From Octopus bimaculoides (taxonomy: Eukaryota): 40,982 bases of DNA. Location of the stretch: contig NC_068993.1 in NCBI RefSeq assembly GCF_001194135.2, forward strand, positions 25,707,297 through 25,748,278, read 5' to 3'. The position numbers and the translations under genes are program-made. A model generated the notes under the pieces. That model searched no databases and was not told the DNA's origin. It saw only the letters and a program-made list of their open reading frames with translations. How positions within the stretch are numbered: the first letter of the stretch is position 1; every line of letters starts with the position of its first letter. Of the stretch, positions 12,261-25,011 are shown in pieces.

Positions 12261-12377
12261 CATCACCTTTACGACCAGTTAGATGAGGAGAGTCTAAAAT
12301 GAAGTTGGATGATGATGATACAGGTTTTGGCAGTCTCCTTCTCCAACCTATTGGCATATTGCGCCAGTTTTGAACAA
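12261..12377 (-). CDS. Probable internal coding exon: Cys-free basic/Ser-rich linker (exon C)
   Basis: Long pyrimidine tract tttttttttctcttcattcattgttttgtctgaag|TT GTT CAA ... GGT GAT G|gtacgt. 117 nt, phase 1-1, open in the frame that joins exons B and D. Encodes VVQNWRNMPIGWRRRLPKPVSSSSNFILDSPHLTGRKGD. Lies 671 nt downstream of exon B. No domain homology supports it, and the AAG acceptor is a weaker type. Confidence 0.6.
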
Positions 12378-13048
12378 CTTCAGACAAAACAATGAATGAA
12401 GAGAAAAAAAAATGAAACAATAAAAAGAAAAAACTCAAAACAATAATAAAAAAAAATTTGAAATCAAAAGTAAACTTCAAGTAAATTAAACTTGTCATTT
12501 TGCAAGCATGTTTGAAAATATTTTAGTTTTGTAGTGAAAAAGGCTTATGATACAATTTAAGGTAACAGAAAGTTCAATTATGACAGAATAGCTACATCAA
12601 CCCCAGTTAGGGTCTTTAACAGCTATTATGTAGCTGAAATCTTAAATTTTATTATTTTTTTTCTAATGGAATATTAAATACATAAAGTGTGAAACTGAAC
12701 ACAAAAACCTCACTAAACCTAGTTTAGTTCCAGAAAGCATTACAAACATGCAATGTTAAATTAAGTTTGATGTGTGTGATCTGATACATTTACACATAAC
12801 AAAATTTATACTACCTATGTTGTTCTGTATTCTAAAATTAAGGCTTCAATTCAACTCATTATTAATTTCTTTCTTTATTTTATAATGTAAATATTTTAGT
12901 CTTGGAATTGTACAGTAATTTCAGATTACTTAAATGTGTTAACTAAGAAGAAAAATTATGTAAAAAGTAGTACTTCCTCTCATCAATGAAATCATAGGAT
13001 AAAAAACAAAACAAAACAGTAAAAAACATGAAGAAGACAAAAATTTAC

Positions 13049-13177
13049 CTAGACAGGTTTTGTTATCTTCATTAGACAGCATAAAGCCTGGTCTGTGACA
13101 TTCACAATAGTAAGAACCATCTACATTCATACAGATCTGTTGACAATCACCATTTCTTGAAGCACATTCATCAATGT
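13049..13177 (-). CDS. Internal coding exon: canonical cbEGF domain (exon B)
   Basis: ttttccctttgtacag|AC ATT GAT GAA TGT ... ACC TGT CTA G|gtaaat. 129 nt, phase 1-1. Encodes [43 protein letters not shown] and fits C-x-N-x4-Y-x-C-x-C. Partly visible in ORF 12939-13130. Confidence 0.95.
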
Positions 13178-16118
13178 CTGTACAAAGGGAAAAGAATAAT
13201 TCAGAAAAATGTTAGTTTAATATTGACAGAATTGTGTAATATAACGATGTGGTCGGAGTAGAAATGAGAGAAAGATGAAATGTGATGTAAACACTAAGAC
13301 AACATGAGAAGAAGTTTGTGATATGATGATTATGTCATGAAATGTATGTCTTGATGTATAGAGCAATGTAATGTTGATTTCTTGAAGAGAGACACTACAT
13401 CTTTGCACAAACAATGGCAGAACAACAGCAGTCGATCTTGGGCCAAATAGAACTATGAAGGGTCTTGGAATTTACAGTGTCTTGCAAACATACAGCTGGC
13501 TATTTCTGTGTTATGTTCATACAGAGCTAACCAAGAGTATGCAACACTATTATCATCTAAAACCATCTTATCAATAATAACACCAATAATATAAGTTGCT
13601 TGGACTAGTGTTACTACCAATACTTTGTTGATAAGTATAATTCCATGTTCAGCGTGGAAGACAACAAGTTAAAGTATAATGGTGTTTCCCTGTTGTCTTA
13701 AATTAAGGTATATCAAAAATTTGCATTTTCTAATGTCACCTTCTTATCTATGAATGTCTTTCTAGGGTAATATCATCAGTTCACCACATTTCACTCAAAC
13801 TACAACAAACTTATTCTTTATGAATACTCCAGCAATGGTGGTGGTGGTGCAGGCTGTCACACTGCACTCTATATACATTATCATGCACTACATACAGGAA
13901 TGTGTGGCATTCACCTTCAACTAGGCAGAGACATGGTGTAGTAGGAAAAATAGATTTGTGGGTCAGCTTGGTCATTTAGCTGGTTGCCTGCATGCTGTAG
14001 GACAGAACTAAGCTGGGGCTATGGAATAACAACAACTTCAACTGTACTCTACTCACTCAAACCTTTTAGTTGCATCCTTACATTGTCACCCACTCAGTGT
14101 TTCTTGCTTTCAAACACAATGACAAACCTTATGAGGAAAGTTAATTCTGGGGATCTACTTGCTGTTCAATGGAACAACTTTTCTTTTGGCTGTGTCTTTT
14201 CAAACTCACTAAACCATATAGAACCCTAAATAATTTTACTTAATTAATACTATATCTGAGTGGTAGAGCTCTTCTTGTCAATTAATAGACTTACCTCCTT
14301 TCCTTCTCTCCCAGACATATCTGAATAGAAATATTTTAAAATCACATGCCACCCTTTAGTTGAAATCTCAAGATGTATGTCAGCGCATACGTAACATTTT
14401 TACCCTCCACCCAACTTTTTTTGATCTACTGTGTGACTAAAACACCTTTCAAAATGTACTGACACTAAAAACCAGACACACACACATACACACACCCCTA
14501 TATAAAATACATTAGAAAGACATGTTTCCAAATCTTTACAGAGTGAAAAAAAAGCAAGAAATATCTAAAAATTAGGAATGATGAATGAGTTGAAAAAATT
14601 CAATACGAAATGTATGAATGATGTAAATTATATATGTATGAGGTGTGGGTGCATGCTTGTTATACACTCTGAATTGGCAAAAGATGTTGAAGATGTGTAC
14701 AAGTTCATACACACACACACACACATATGTACATGAGTGTGTTCATATATGTGTGTGAGTGCACTTGTGTGTGTGTGTGTGTGTGTGTGCATGTGTGTGC
14801 GTGCGTGCGTGCGTGTGTGTGTGTGTGTGTTGGTGTGTGTGCTTGAATTAATTGTCTTATACATATAAAGCATAAATGCTGGTATAAATTTTCAAATTCT
14901 TTTATAAATTCAAAATGTATTGCACTCAGATTATATGCATCTACATATTTTATATGCAAGTGTATATCTATAACTGTCTGTCTGCCTGATTGTCTGTATG
15001 TATGTATATATCTGTCAGTTTGTGTGTGTGTATGTATGCTGGTATGTATGTAGGTATGTATTTATGTGTCTTTGTACCTATGTATGTATGTATGTATGTA
15101 TGCAGGTATGAATGTGAAGCAGCTTTTTGTTTAGATATATCAAACTGAAAAATGTCTTTATGCAGTTCTTTACATATTTTATTTTAATTTTTCCTAATTT
15201 CCAATGAATTTTTCTATTCTTAATGGAGATTTTATGCGAATTTTTCAAGGGCTAATTTATTTATGATTCAAGGTCATGTGATCCTATCATGTGAACCTAT
15301 CATGTGATCCTGTCATTAAGGTCTATAGTATAACTGCTGACTACGATATTCTGCTTTTAATGTAACCATGAGTCTTGTAATACATGCACAAAGAAATCTC
15401 TATTTACACTGACGCAACGCATTTCTGTAGGTTAATTAACCACCTGAAACAAGGAAGCATGGCAATATATTGCTTTATAAAAGCCATAATATATAATATT
15501 AGTTAGTAATTTGGAACATTGATAGTTTTTTTTCTATTAATTTTGATTACCATTTATCTGAATATGTTATCAGAGATTTTCCCATATCACCAGATTTTAA
15601 AAACTAAATGACACTTACTAAAGCTTACGTTCAACAGAAGTTTTTTTTTAAATTTAGTTTTCATGCATAATTTGTTTTTTATGTATATTTCATTGATCCC
15701 AACAAACATTGAAACACAATGACCATCTGTGTGCATTGATGCTGCAACTATTTTCATGCATATTTACAGGGCTTGTTACATTTCAAACACCACATACAGC
15801 AAGAACACACTAATTAATGTTCCACTGGCTTTCATATATTTCATTAGCATAATATCTCAGCAATAACATTGACCTTATTTATCTTATATATCACTACTGG
15901 TAAAAAAAAAAAAAAGAACACTGTTGTTCTCTGCATTTTTGATGGTGAAAGAAGCAAGGAAGTGTTTGTAATTTGATACAGAATAACTATCTCAAGGGAC
16001 AGTGTTTGTAAAGTAGCAGTTTTCTGTTTTATTTGACAATATTTACAACTTTTCCTGATATGAAATATTACTCAAAGAGAGAGAGAAAAAAAGAAAGAGA
16101 GAGAAGACACATGCGCAT

Positions 16119-16192
<74 letters not shown>

Positions 16193-17864
16193 ACACTGCA
16201 AGATTCCCTGCAGTTTCTATTTATTAATTCAGTTTCTGTTTATTAAATTTCAATCACAAGGTATTGATGAACTTGAAGTTATGGTAGAAGACACTTGCAT
16301 AATGTGCAATGTAGAGGGATTGAATCTGATTCTAACTTTTTAACCCCCAAAACCATACCTCTACACTTGCACTTAAATCCCCCATTATTTACTAGAATAT
16401 GATGAAAATTATCTATCATGTCATTAACAACTCATTTGTAATATGGATCTTTAAGGTCTCCTAAGATTCAACTAAAAAATCAAATGGTTACCAGGAGTTT
16501 TACATAACTTCATCTTGGCATCTTTTATCAGTTCTTTAATTTGCAATCCTACAAAAGTTTCAGTTTAAAATTTTGTTTCAAATGAAAAAAACTGCAAATC
16601 TATGCAAAGCTACTTGAACAAGCCTACGTTTTTATTAAAAATTTTACAAAATACTGGTAAAAGAGCATTATTTTAGATTTGCTACAAAGTTACAACATAA
16701 CTTTTTAAATCCTTCTTAAGAGGTTAGCTATGGGCATATAAAATCACAAATGTTAGTCATCATAATTTTAATGTCCCCTTTTCCATTCTTGCATGGAAAG
16801 ATTGGAAGATGTTATTTTAAACAGAAGTTCCACATTTTTAGTTGTTTTAAATTATATATACAATCTACAGCCATACTTGATGTTTTCACATTACAAAATA
16901 TTCTAAAAAATTAAAGCACAGTCAGTCAGTCCCTGATATCTTAATATTGTTGTGCTTCTCAAGCAAATCAACCTCTTGGATGGGACACACTTTGTTAAAT
17001 TAGGTCCTTCCTAGTTTTGCTGCAAAAAAAGATGCAGTAAAAAACATCTAACAATATTAGTTTTGTCACTTTGTTCTGAGTTTAAAATCTGCAAATTTAC
17101 TTAGGTTGGTATTACTTGCTCATTTGCAAAGTTGATTAAAGAAAGTGCTCGTTATATACTCCTCAACTACAAACTTACAATCATGTGCCAGTTTAAGAAA
17201 TCAATATTTTGCGGTAAATAATTAAATGTTCCTTCCTAAAGAATTCTATAAACATTTTTTCTATAATGCTATCATACAAATGTTTCTTTTACAAACAGAT
17301 TTCTGCCCTTTAAATTTGATAATGAAAACATGTTTTAGAAATATTATGTAAAAATATTAAATACGTAAAGAGGGTATTTATAATGTTATTTATCCAGCTA
17401 TTGGACATATTATTGTAGTTTAAATTATAAAAATTATGGACAAAAGTTAGAACTATTATATATTACAGTACAGAGCCTTTATATGTCATACCAGACCTTT
17501 AAATATGAATATTATTTTTGAAGTCAACATGTATGAAAATTTAAATGTAACTTATAATTAGCATTAAATGATACTTATTTAGATACTTATAAACATTAAT
17601 GAAATTTCTTATCAGGAAAGACAGGGGAAAGCACTCCATAGAGTTAGAGTTTCTGTAAACTACTAAAGTAAAGCCCCATTAGCTCTGTATCTAATAGTCT
17701 TGTATAATTGATTGTCTGGAACTTTTTGTTGTAAATGAAAAAATTTTTTATAAGAAATCAGTGGTTGCTGAATTCATTCTGCCATTATTTTCACCTGAGT
17801 GGTAAAGGATAAGGCCACTGCCTAAGCCCTTTGTATCTGCCTCAACTTACACACACACACATAC

Positions 17865-17912
<48 letters not shown>

Positions 17913-17994
17913 TTCTATATGAGAAATTAATCCTTATATCTTGGCCAACACATAGCAAAGGTGAGCATGGTAGACGTGCTGCCAGAAATAAACA

Positions 17995-19738
17995 TTAGTT
18001 GATGCCAGCTATGTTGTACAGAGAAGAGGAAACCCAAATATCAGACATGCACAAGTTGTGTAAGGGGAACTGGTCAGCAACAGGAATGGAGTTCTTGATC
18101 CAAACAGTTCAGGAAAGACTCAAAGCAATCCCTGATCTGTTTTACTTACCAGCAAGAACCTCTTGGGCATGTAATGGTAGAGAACTGAAGACCAAGATGT
18201 CTCATATATGGTGCTCCCTGTCTTCAGCAGAGGGCAAATGAAAGAAGCCCACCCACTGCTGTCAATGTCACAATCAAGTAAAAAGGAACAACAACAGCAT
18301 GCAACAAGAACAGAACAACAACAACAACTCCAAAAGTAAGATTGTAGCAGCAGCAGCAGCTGTGAAAACAGGAGCAGTAGTAACATCAGCAGCAGCATGA
18401 ACAAAAACAGCAACAGAACCTTCTCCTCATGGCAACAATAACAACAGGAACATCTTTACTAGAAGCAACAGAATCGTCGAACTCTAACTCCAGCACATTA
18501 CATGACATAACTCTACTACTTCAAATCATCCTGACATGTCTTGTAATAAGAGTGACAAAGATGAAAAAGTGGAAAACTGTCTCTGTAAGAAGAGAGACAA
18601 AAGGACAAAACAAATCTGCCCTCACATAAAATTGAGAGATTTGAAAATGGGAAAACATTTCACAATATCAATATCAATTCCACCACCATCACAGACAGCA
18701 CTAACCTTGCAAACACCACAACAAACACAAACACAATCCAATCTGCACTAAAACCAGCAATAAGAACAACATTCACAAAGTGAACAAAAAACATCATAAA
18801 CACAAACAACAATGAATTAACTAGACATATACAACAATGCACAAACGTTACACATGGTGACTACATCATACCTATAAACTCACATGGAAATCCTAAAAAC
18901 AACATCAAACTTCTAGGAGACAATAAACAAAAATTATGACTGGTAGAAATACTCATAATAAGTTAGAAGTGCAGATCACCTGTTCTTCCACAGGAATAAG
19001 GTAAGTAGTTCTTATCTCTTATCCAATTTTATCGAACATAACCATACTCAGAAGAGGCAGTTTGACTGCACAAACCCTGAGATTACACTGGAAGCAATGC
19101 CACCTTCTGCCAATAACCTGAGGTTACTAGACATAAACATCCTGAAACCAGAGGTTAAGTCAATATTGCTGGATGTGAATACCAGTGATGATCATACCTT
19201 CCCACTACTAACCATCTACTAGCTGCATTTCTTTAGGCCTTAAGAATCTTTCTTGGAAACATCCTACTCCTTGATTAGTTGGGGACTGCAACAGCATCTT
19301 GGAGGCACTGGAACAGTGTGAAGCTAGCTAATAGAAGATGGAGTGCAAAAGCCTCGCATACCTTCTCAGATGTTTCCAATTGTCTGACAGGAAATGACTG
19401 GATTTCTCAAATGTGCCAATGTAGACATGGACAAATTGCATCAGGTCATCCAGATCATACCTGAATAGAGTATACTGTAGGCCAAAGAAAAGGATAGTTT
19501 TGTTTTCTTTAATTCAGTCAACCTTGATAGGTTTCATAAACAGAAACCTGATTACTGGAATTTAAATGTGCCTTTCCCAAAGCTTACAGAGACCAGATTA
19601 GCAAATTAGTTAAGTGGATGTTGCCAGGAACAGTTGTCAACAACTGAGCAACTGAAGCAGAACTGATACCGTTTAGTAAGGGAATAGCAATACTAGATTA
19701 GAGAGAGGCCTAGTTAGAATATTAAAAGAAGGTCTATC
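17995..19738 (+). mobile_element. Decayed Tx1/L1-type LINE, 5' part: ORF1 remnant, low-complexity spacer, AP endonuclease, start of linker
   Basis: IPDLFYLP...VMVEN*RPRC (18125-18200). VGDCNSIL (19278-19301) resembles GDFN. TWTNCIRSSRSYLNRVYCR (19425-19481) resembles TW...SRSYLDR. KPDYWNLNV resembles YWKLN. Then RDQISKLVK and LERGLVRILKEGLS up to 19738. Many stops and frameshifts. Confidence 0.8.
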
Positions 19739-20114
19739 TAAGGATGATTCAGCTATTGTTATTAGCACATTTCACAACTACCTGATACCTTCCTCATATC
19801 TTTGTCATTCATACATGTATTGATGTTTTTCAATATTTTTCCCCTCAAAAACACATTTCATGGAATGATGATGTACCCAAGATTGGTTCATTGCTGGGAT
19901 TTAAGCAAAATATCTTGACTGTCCCTTTTTTAAACTTTGATTTAAAAAGAAAATTCGAAAAAGGTTGAAACTTTTAGAATTTAGGTGATAGGGGGGGATC
20001 AAAAATATTTTTTTCATAATCATATGAATTCTCATGTGAAGAACAAAATTCATGAACATTTTCTGAAAATTCCAAAAAATAAAAAAGTTATGTGGAGTTA
20101 TATGGGTCGCTCAA
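19739..20114. mobile_element. One part of a non-autonomous TIR element, displaced by the inversion
   Basis: 19739-19850 is the reverse complement of 21250-21363. 20015-20114 (cataatcatatgaat...aataaaaaagttatg...atatggg) is a roughly 100-bp imperfect direct repeat of 21402-21504. Confidence 0.6.
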
Positions 20115-20329
20115 AGCAGAATTCCACCTTTATTATCACCTCTTCCCTCATGTTATTAAAAAGCTGTATTCTTTGTAATTAAGTTGAAGTAATTTGGTCT
20201 TTAGCATGTTGACCTCAATGTTGCTTGAAATGCTTTCAATAATTCTCAGAGAGATTATCAGTGTAAAGAACTTTTGAAGAATATCCAGTCCAAACTCCAA
20301 TATTATTTTCCTCAAAGACTTGATGACCC

Positions 20330-21249
20330 CAGAAAAAGACTGGAATCAGAATAGCTATCAGTGTTGTAGCTAGATATGTTTGGGATGGCACATGTCCCTA
20401 CATTATCAATTAGACCACTGGCAACAAGCACCAACCTCTTCACTAATACATTACCAAAATTTTGAAATTTGTAATTAGAAATGTTATAATTTCTAAATCT
20501 CTCTAAAGGAGAGATACAGCAGCAGTACAAGGTATTAATATCTATTGCCAAATTAATGTAGCAGTCCATAGAAATAAGACGAATGCTGCTGTTGATTAGC
20601 AGCATTCGTCCTATTTCTCTGGACTGCCATGTTAGTTTGAAATTTGTGTTTAGTCAAAAGTGATCAATATGATCCCACTTGTTTTGGGTCCTTTTCTCAG
20701 CTACCACGCCACAACTTACAGTTCTTGGAATTCTTTCATTCTGCTTCAAAGAACTCATCAAAAATGTCTAGCATAGAAACATCAAGTTTGTAGGGTAGAC
20801 CATCCAAACTAGGTAATTCGCCCACCGTGCAGCTAGCCATCAATTCCTGTGTTCTAGTGGGTGTGGGTTTTTTTTCCTTTTTCTTTTTTTTTTTCTTTTT
20901 TTGCAACACTCAACATCAGTTGTTAAGGATCATGACAGATCATGCCAGGTTGTTGAGATTCACTTTGAAGTCTATCCTGTGATCCAGCCTACTGTGCATC
21001 TCAAGCATGTGAGCAAAATACCACTGAAAAGCTGTTCCCATTTGTTTGAGATTGAGTGGTGCATTCAACCTAATCTATCAAAGACCAAACTGTGGCTTTG
21101 TTTCTACTTCTGTTCCTCTGCTACTCAAATTTGTCAAACAGCTTTCATTCCTGTATGCCTTAGAGCATACACCTTAACTCTGATAACACAGCCTTCTTGC
21201 TTCATAATAAAGAATTGGTCAAGAGCCAATCTTGCTGAAAGCAGATCAG
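20330..21249 (-). mobile_element. Inverted middle segment of the same Tx1/L1-type LINE (linker and N-terminal RT)
   Basis: Read on the minus strand from 21249: TDLLSARLALDQFFIMKQEGCVIRVK, then LPSLDGLPYK (resembles SPGLDGLPYE), IPRTVSCGVV, NKWDHIDHF*LNTNFK, a 157-bp insert, then VLVKRLVLVASGLIDNVGTCAIP (resembles KVLAKRL...QTCAIP). Confidence 0.8.
20561..20627. repeat. Near-perfect 67-nt hairpin (30-bp stem, 7-nt loop)
   Basis: gcagtccatagaaataagacgaatgctgct / gttgatt / agcagcattcgtcctatttctctggactgc. 28 of 30 positions are complementary. Confidence 0.95.
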
Positions 21250-21504
21250 TTTTGTGGGGGAAAATATTGAAAAACATCAATACATATCTGAATGACAAAG
21301 AAATGAGGAAGGTATCAGAGTTAGTTGTGAGATGTGCTAATAACAATAGCTGAATCATCCTTAAATCACACACTCAACAAAATTATTATTATTTCTATTT
21401 GCATAATCATATGAATCCCTGTGTGTAGAACATAAATTTGCAAAAAAAATTTCTAAAATTTCCAAGAAATAAAAAGTTATGAGGGTTTATATGGGGTGCT
21501 TAAA
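21250..21504. mobile_element. Other part of the same non-autonomous TIR element
   Basis: Contains the inverted copy of 19739-19850 and the second roughly 100-bp repeat, ending ggggtgcttaa (possible TTAA target). Confidence 0.6.
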
Positions 21505-21559
21505 CCAGACTTCTGCTGCAAAATGGTGTGTGTTTACTAGAATGCTGACCAGTAACGAG

Positions 21560-21950
21560 GGTGTCAGATGTAGATGATACACAGAAGTAATTGTCTGTAA
21601 GAGCAACATAAAATGCAGTCAGTGGATCCCTCAAATAACTCTGTAGATGCAGCAGGTAGCTTATGTCACTATGGTTCATATTCCTCTTTGGGAGGGGTCT
21701 TGTGAGGATTTTAAAAAGGGTTGGGAAGGTGCCATGTTTTATGAAATTAAGATGGTTTTTAAGCTTCTTAAACTTGTCCAATATCATAGCACCATAGCAA
21801 AGCTCCTGTTAATGGAGGAGAATGTGAAACAGTTTGCTTGTATTTTTTGGGGGGTGCAAGGCTGGTTGTCATGAAAGTATTGAAGCTAATATGGTGGAAG
21901 AATCCCAATGAGCAACTTTTACCTCAGCTAACAACGAACAGTTTCTCTTC
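21560..21950 (+). mobile_element. Possible post-RT C-terminal remnant of the Tx1/L1-type LINE
   Basis: GC-richer, coding-like sequence with frameshifted traces of FLW.G..LVR.I..KGLG.P (resembles FLWKG...GGLGMP) and a later FY. The match is weak and was judged by eye. Confidence 0.4.
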
Positions 21951-23086
21951 TTGCTAAAGGTAGGCTGTAACAAGTCATAGTACGCTGTATGACAAACCCA
22001 TTACTTTTTATGCCATCACTGAAAAACAAACTTTACAATGATAAAGATGGTTTTCCTTAGCAAAGTGGTTTCTCATGAGTTAAGTGATTTTAAAGCTCTA
22101 TACTTTACCTTCTCACTCACGTCACTCATTTCACAAGCTTTTCACTTTCAAAGGAGTAAAACACATTTGAAAGGTAAAGTAAAATACCACTTCATGACTA
22201 TATTAAATATAAATCTATGACTATTTGATCAGTAATTCAGTATATTAACGTCTTAGTGCTTATTTTTCAGCTAAATCTGATCCTACACACTCCAGTCATG
22301 ACCATCCTTTCTTTTATTTCTGGTGTTCTGTATCTAGAACTGCATTACCTAGTATATACTTTCCTTTCTTTAGATAGCAGATAGTGATTTGAGGAAGATT
22401 TGGTTGCTATTTCTAGCAGCTCATGACTTGATTAACCTTCAGACAGTTACATAGGTATACAAATATCTATGCATGTGTTTGTGTTTGTGTGTGTGTGTGT
22501 GTACACACACACAAATATATACGCATCATATATGTGTATATGTATTGATATATTTGTATGTGTGTGTTTATATGTGCATGTCTGTGTTCTGAAATGAACC
22601 CATTGTAACAAACTATCCATTGTATTCTATAAAGGATCTAATCAATAGTTCAGTCCCCAACCCCTTTCTCCCTACCCAACCATGCCCACTCCACATGCTG
22701 CAGAAAAAACAATAAAACACAAATTTTCAAAGGTCATTAAATACCTCAGCTGTCCCATGATCGCAGTGTTTTACAGTTTGTTTATTTATTTATTATTTAT
22801 TATTTTCAAATATGTTTTTTTTTCTCTTTGCTTTTTCCCCTTGATCTTGCTATTATAAACAACATTGTTATGTTGGAATGATAGAAAAAATGGTACAAGG
22901 CATTGAACAGTGTGCATACACATACATATAGACACCCATGCACACAAATACAAACATATATATACACATACACATATAATTATTAATGGTAATAATGATG
23001 ATGATGACAATGGTGATTATGATACTTAAAATCAGGGTGGGAATTGAAAGTAATGAAATCAATGCGTGCACTCACATGCACACACA

Positions 23087-23120
<34 letters not shown>

Positions 23121-23398
23121 TATACAAAGTGTATGCAGAAATGCATAGCTATAGATACACACGCAAGAACATGATGATAATGAAGATGGCGATGTAAACA
23201 AGAATAAAAAAATAATAAGCAATAGATACAAACAGAGACACATACTCATGCACACAGGCACACGCATACACACACTTAACCACACATATACACAGGCATA
23301 AATATTCAGACACACACAGACATAGACATATGTATGTATTCACACAGACATATATACATATATAAACACATACACACATGCATACATACATATCTATC

Positions 23399-23456
<58 letters not shown>

Positions 23457-23642
23457 CACCATCAACAATAAATACAACAACAAAGAAAGAAGAAATCATT
23501 CTTACTGTAATAATAATCTTTAATAACTATAACAACAACAATATTGTTTGTAGGTGAAAGCTAAACTTAAACACAAACACATACATACATACAAACATAC
23601 ACGAACTCAGATACACATGTATTACCTCAGACACAGACATAT

Positions 23643-23674
<32 letters not shown>

Positions 23675-24519
23675 CTCCTCCTCTTCTATCCCTCTCTTTC
23701 TCCCTCTTTCTCTCTGTCTGTCATATACACACAACCATACAGACATGCACATGCACACAAACACACATACACACACTATTTCTCCTTCACACACACACAT
23801 GGCTTCACCCACAGACACACACACATATGGTCGTTCCCTCACACACATACCCACACTCACACATACCCACACTCACACACCCTCAGACACCTCCTTATAA
23901 TACATCTAGAATTTTCCGATATTAAATTAACAATAACCGAACATCAACATCAAACTTCAACATAACAAAAGAATGGAAGAAGTGGGGGATGGGGTGGGGG
24001 GTGTCAGGGCTGAATTCACTACCACCACCACCACCTATAATTCCTTTCTTCCTTTACATAAAGACTATGAACCCTTGGTTTTAGACAGACATAACTTACA
24101 CACAGGTATCTGAACATATAAACAGGCTCAAATGTATAGACATATGGATACATACATGTAATCACACACACTCACACACGCATGCATGCACACACACAGA
24201 AGCAGAGAAGAAACAAAATGAAATTGTGTGTGTGTGTGTGTGTAGACACACATACTTAGAAACAAGCATTCATTACAGCATGCTTGCACAAATACTAAAC
24301 CATCAGGTACACAAAATTATACATACATGCATATATACAAACATACCACATACAAGCCTACATACATATATGTTTGTATGTGTGTGTGCATATGTGTGGA
24401 TGTCTACATGTGTATGTATTATATATAACACACATATACATACATATAAATATATATATATAATATATACACATACCATATATATATAATATACACGCAC
24501 ACACACACACATATTATAC

Positions 24520-24587
<68 letters not shown>

Positions 24588-24660
24588 TGTATATATATAT
24601 GTTTTATATATAGTTTAGTTTAGTTTATAGTTTCAGCTTAGAGCTGCGGCCATGCTGATG

Positions 24661-24712
<52 letters not shown>

Positions 24713-24969
24713 GTTTGTATATATATATAATATATATAATATATATAATATATGTATTATAGGGACATGAATGTTTTATATAAATAATATCATAAGTATA
24801 TCTTGTATATTTATATATGTGTGTGTGCATGTGTGTATCCAAAAATACACAATTATAGATTAAGTCACACAAACACACAAAGCTTTCTTCAAACCCTTCA
24901 CATGCGTTCATATAGTCACTAACCACATAAGCACAAACATTTACACCTTAGACATCCATACATACATAG

Positions 24970-25011
<42 letters not shown>

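Noticed and set aside
20901-21353. 150-aa plus-strand ORF
   Set aside because: It is the antisense of the decayed Tx1 ORF2 linker and shows no coding signal of its own.
24101-24110. ttcag|ATACCTGTGT|gtaagt 10-nt microexon candidate on the minus strand
   Set aside because: Frame-shifting length with no supporting context. Such motifs are expected by chance in 40 kb.
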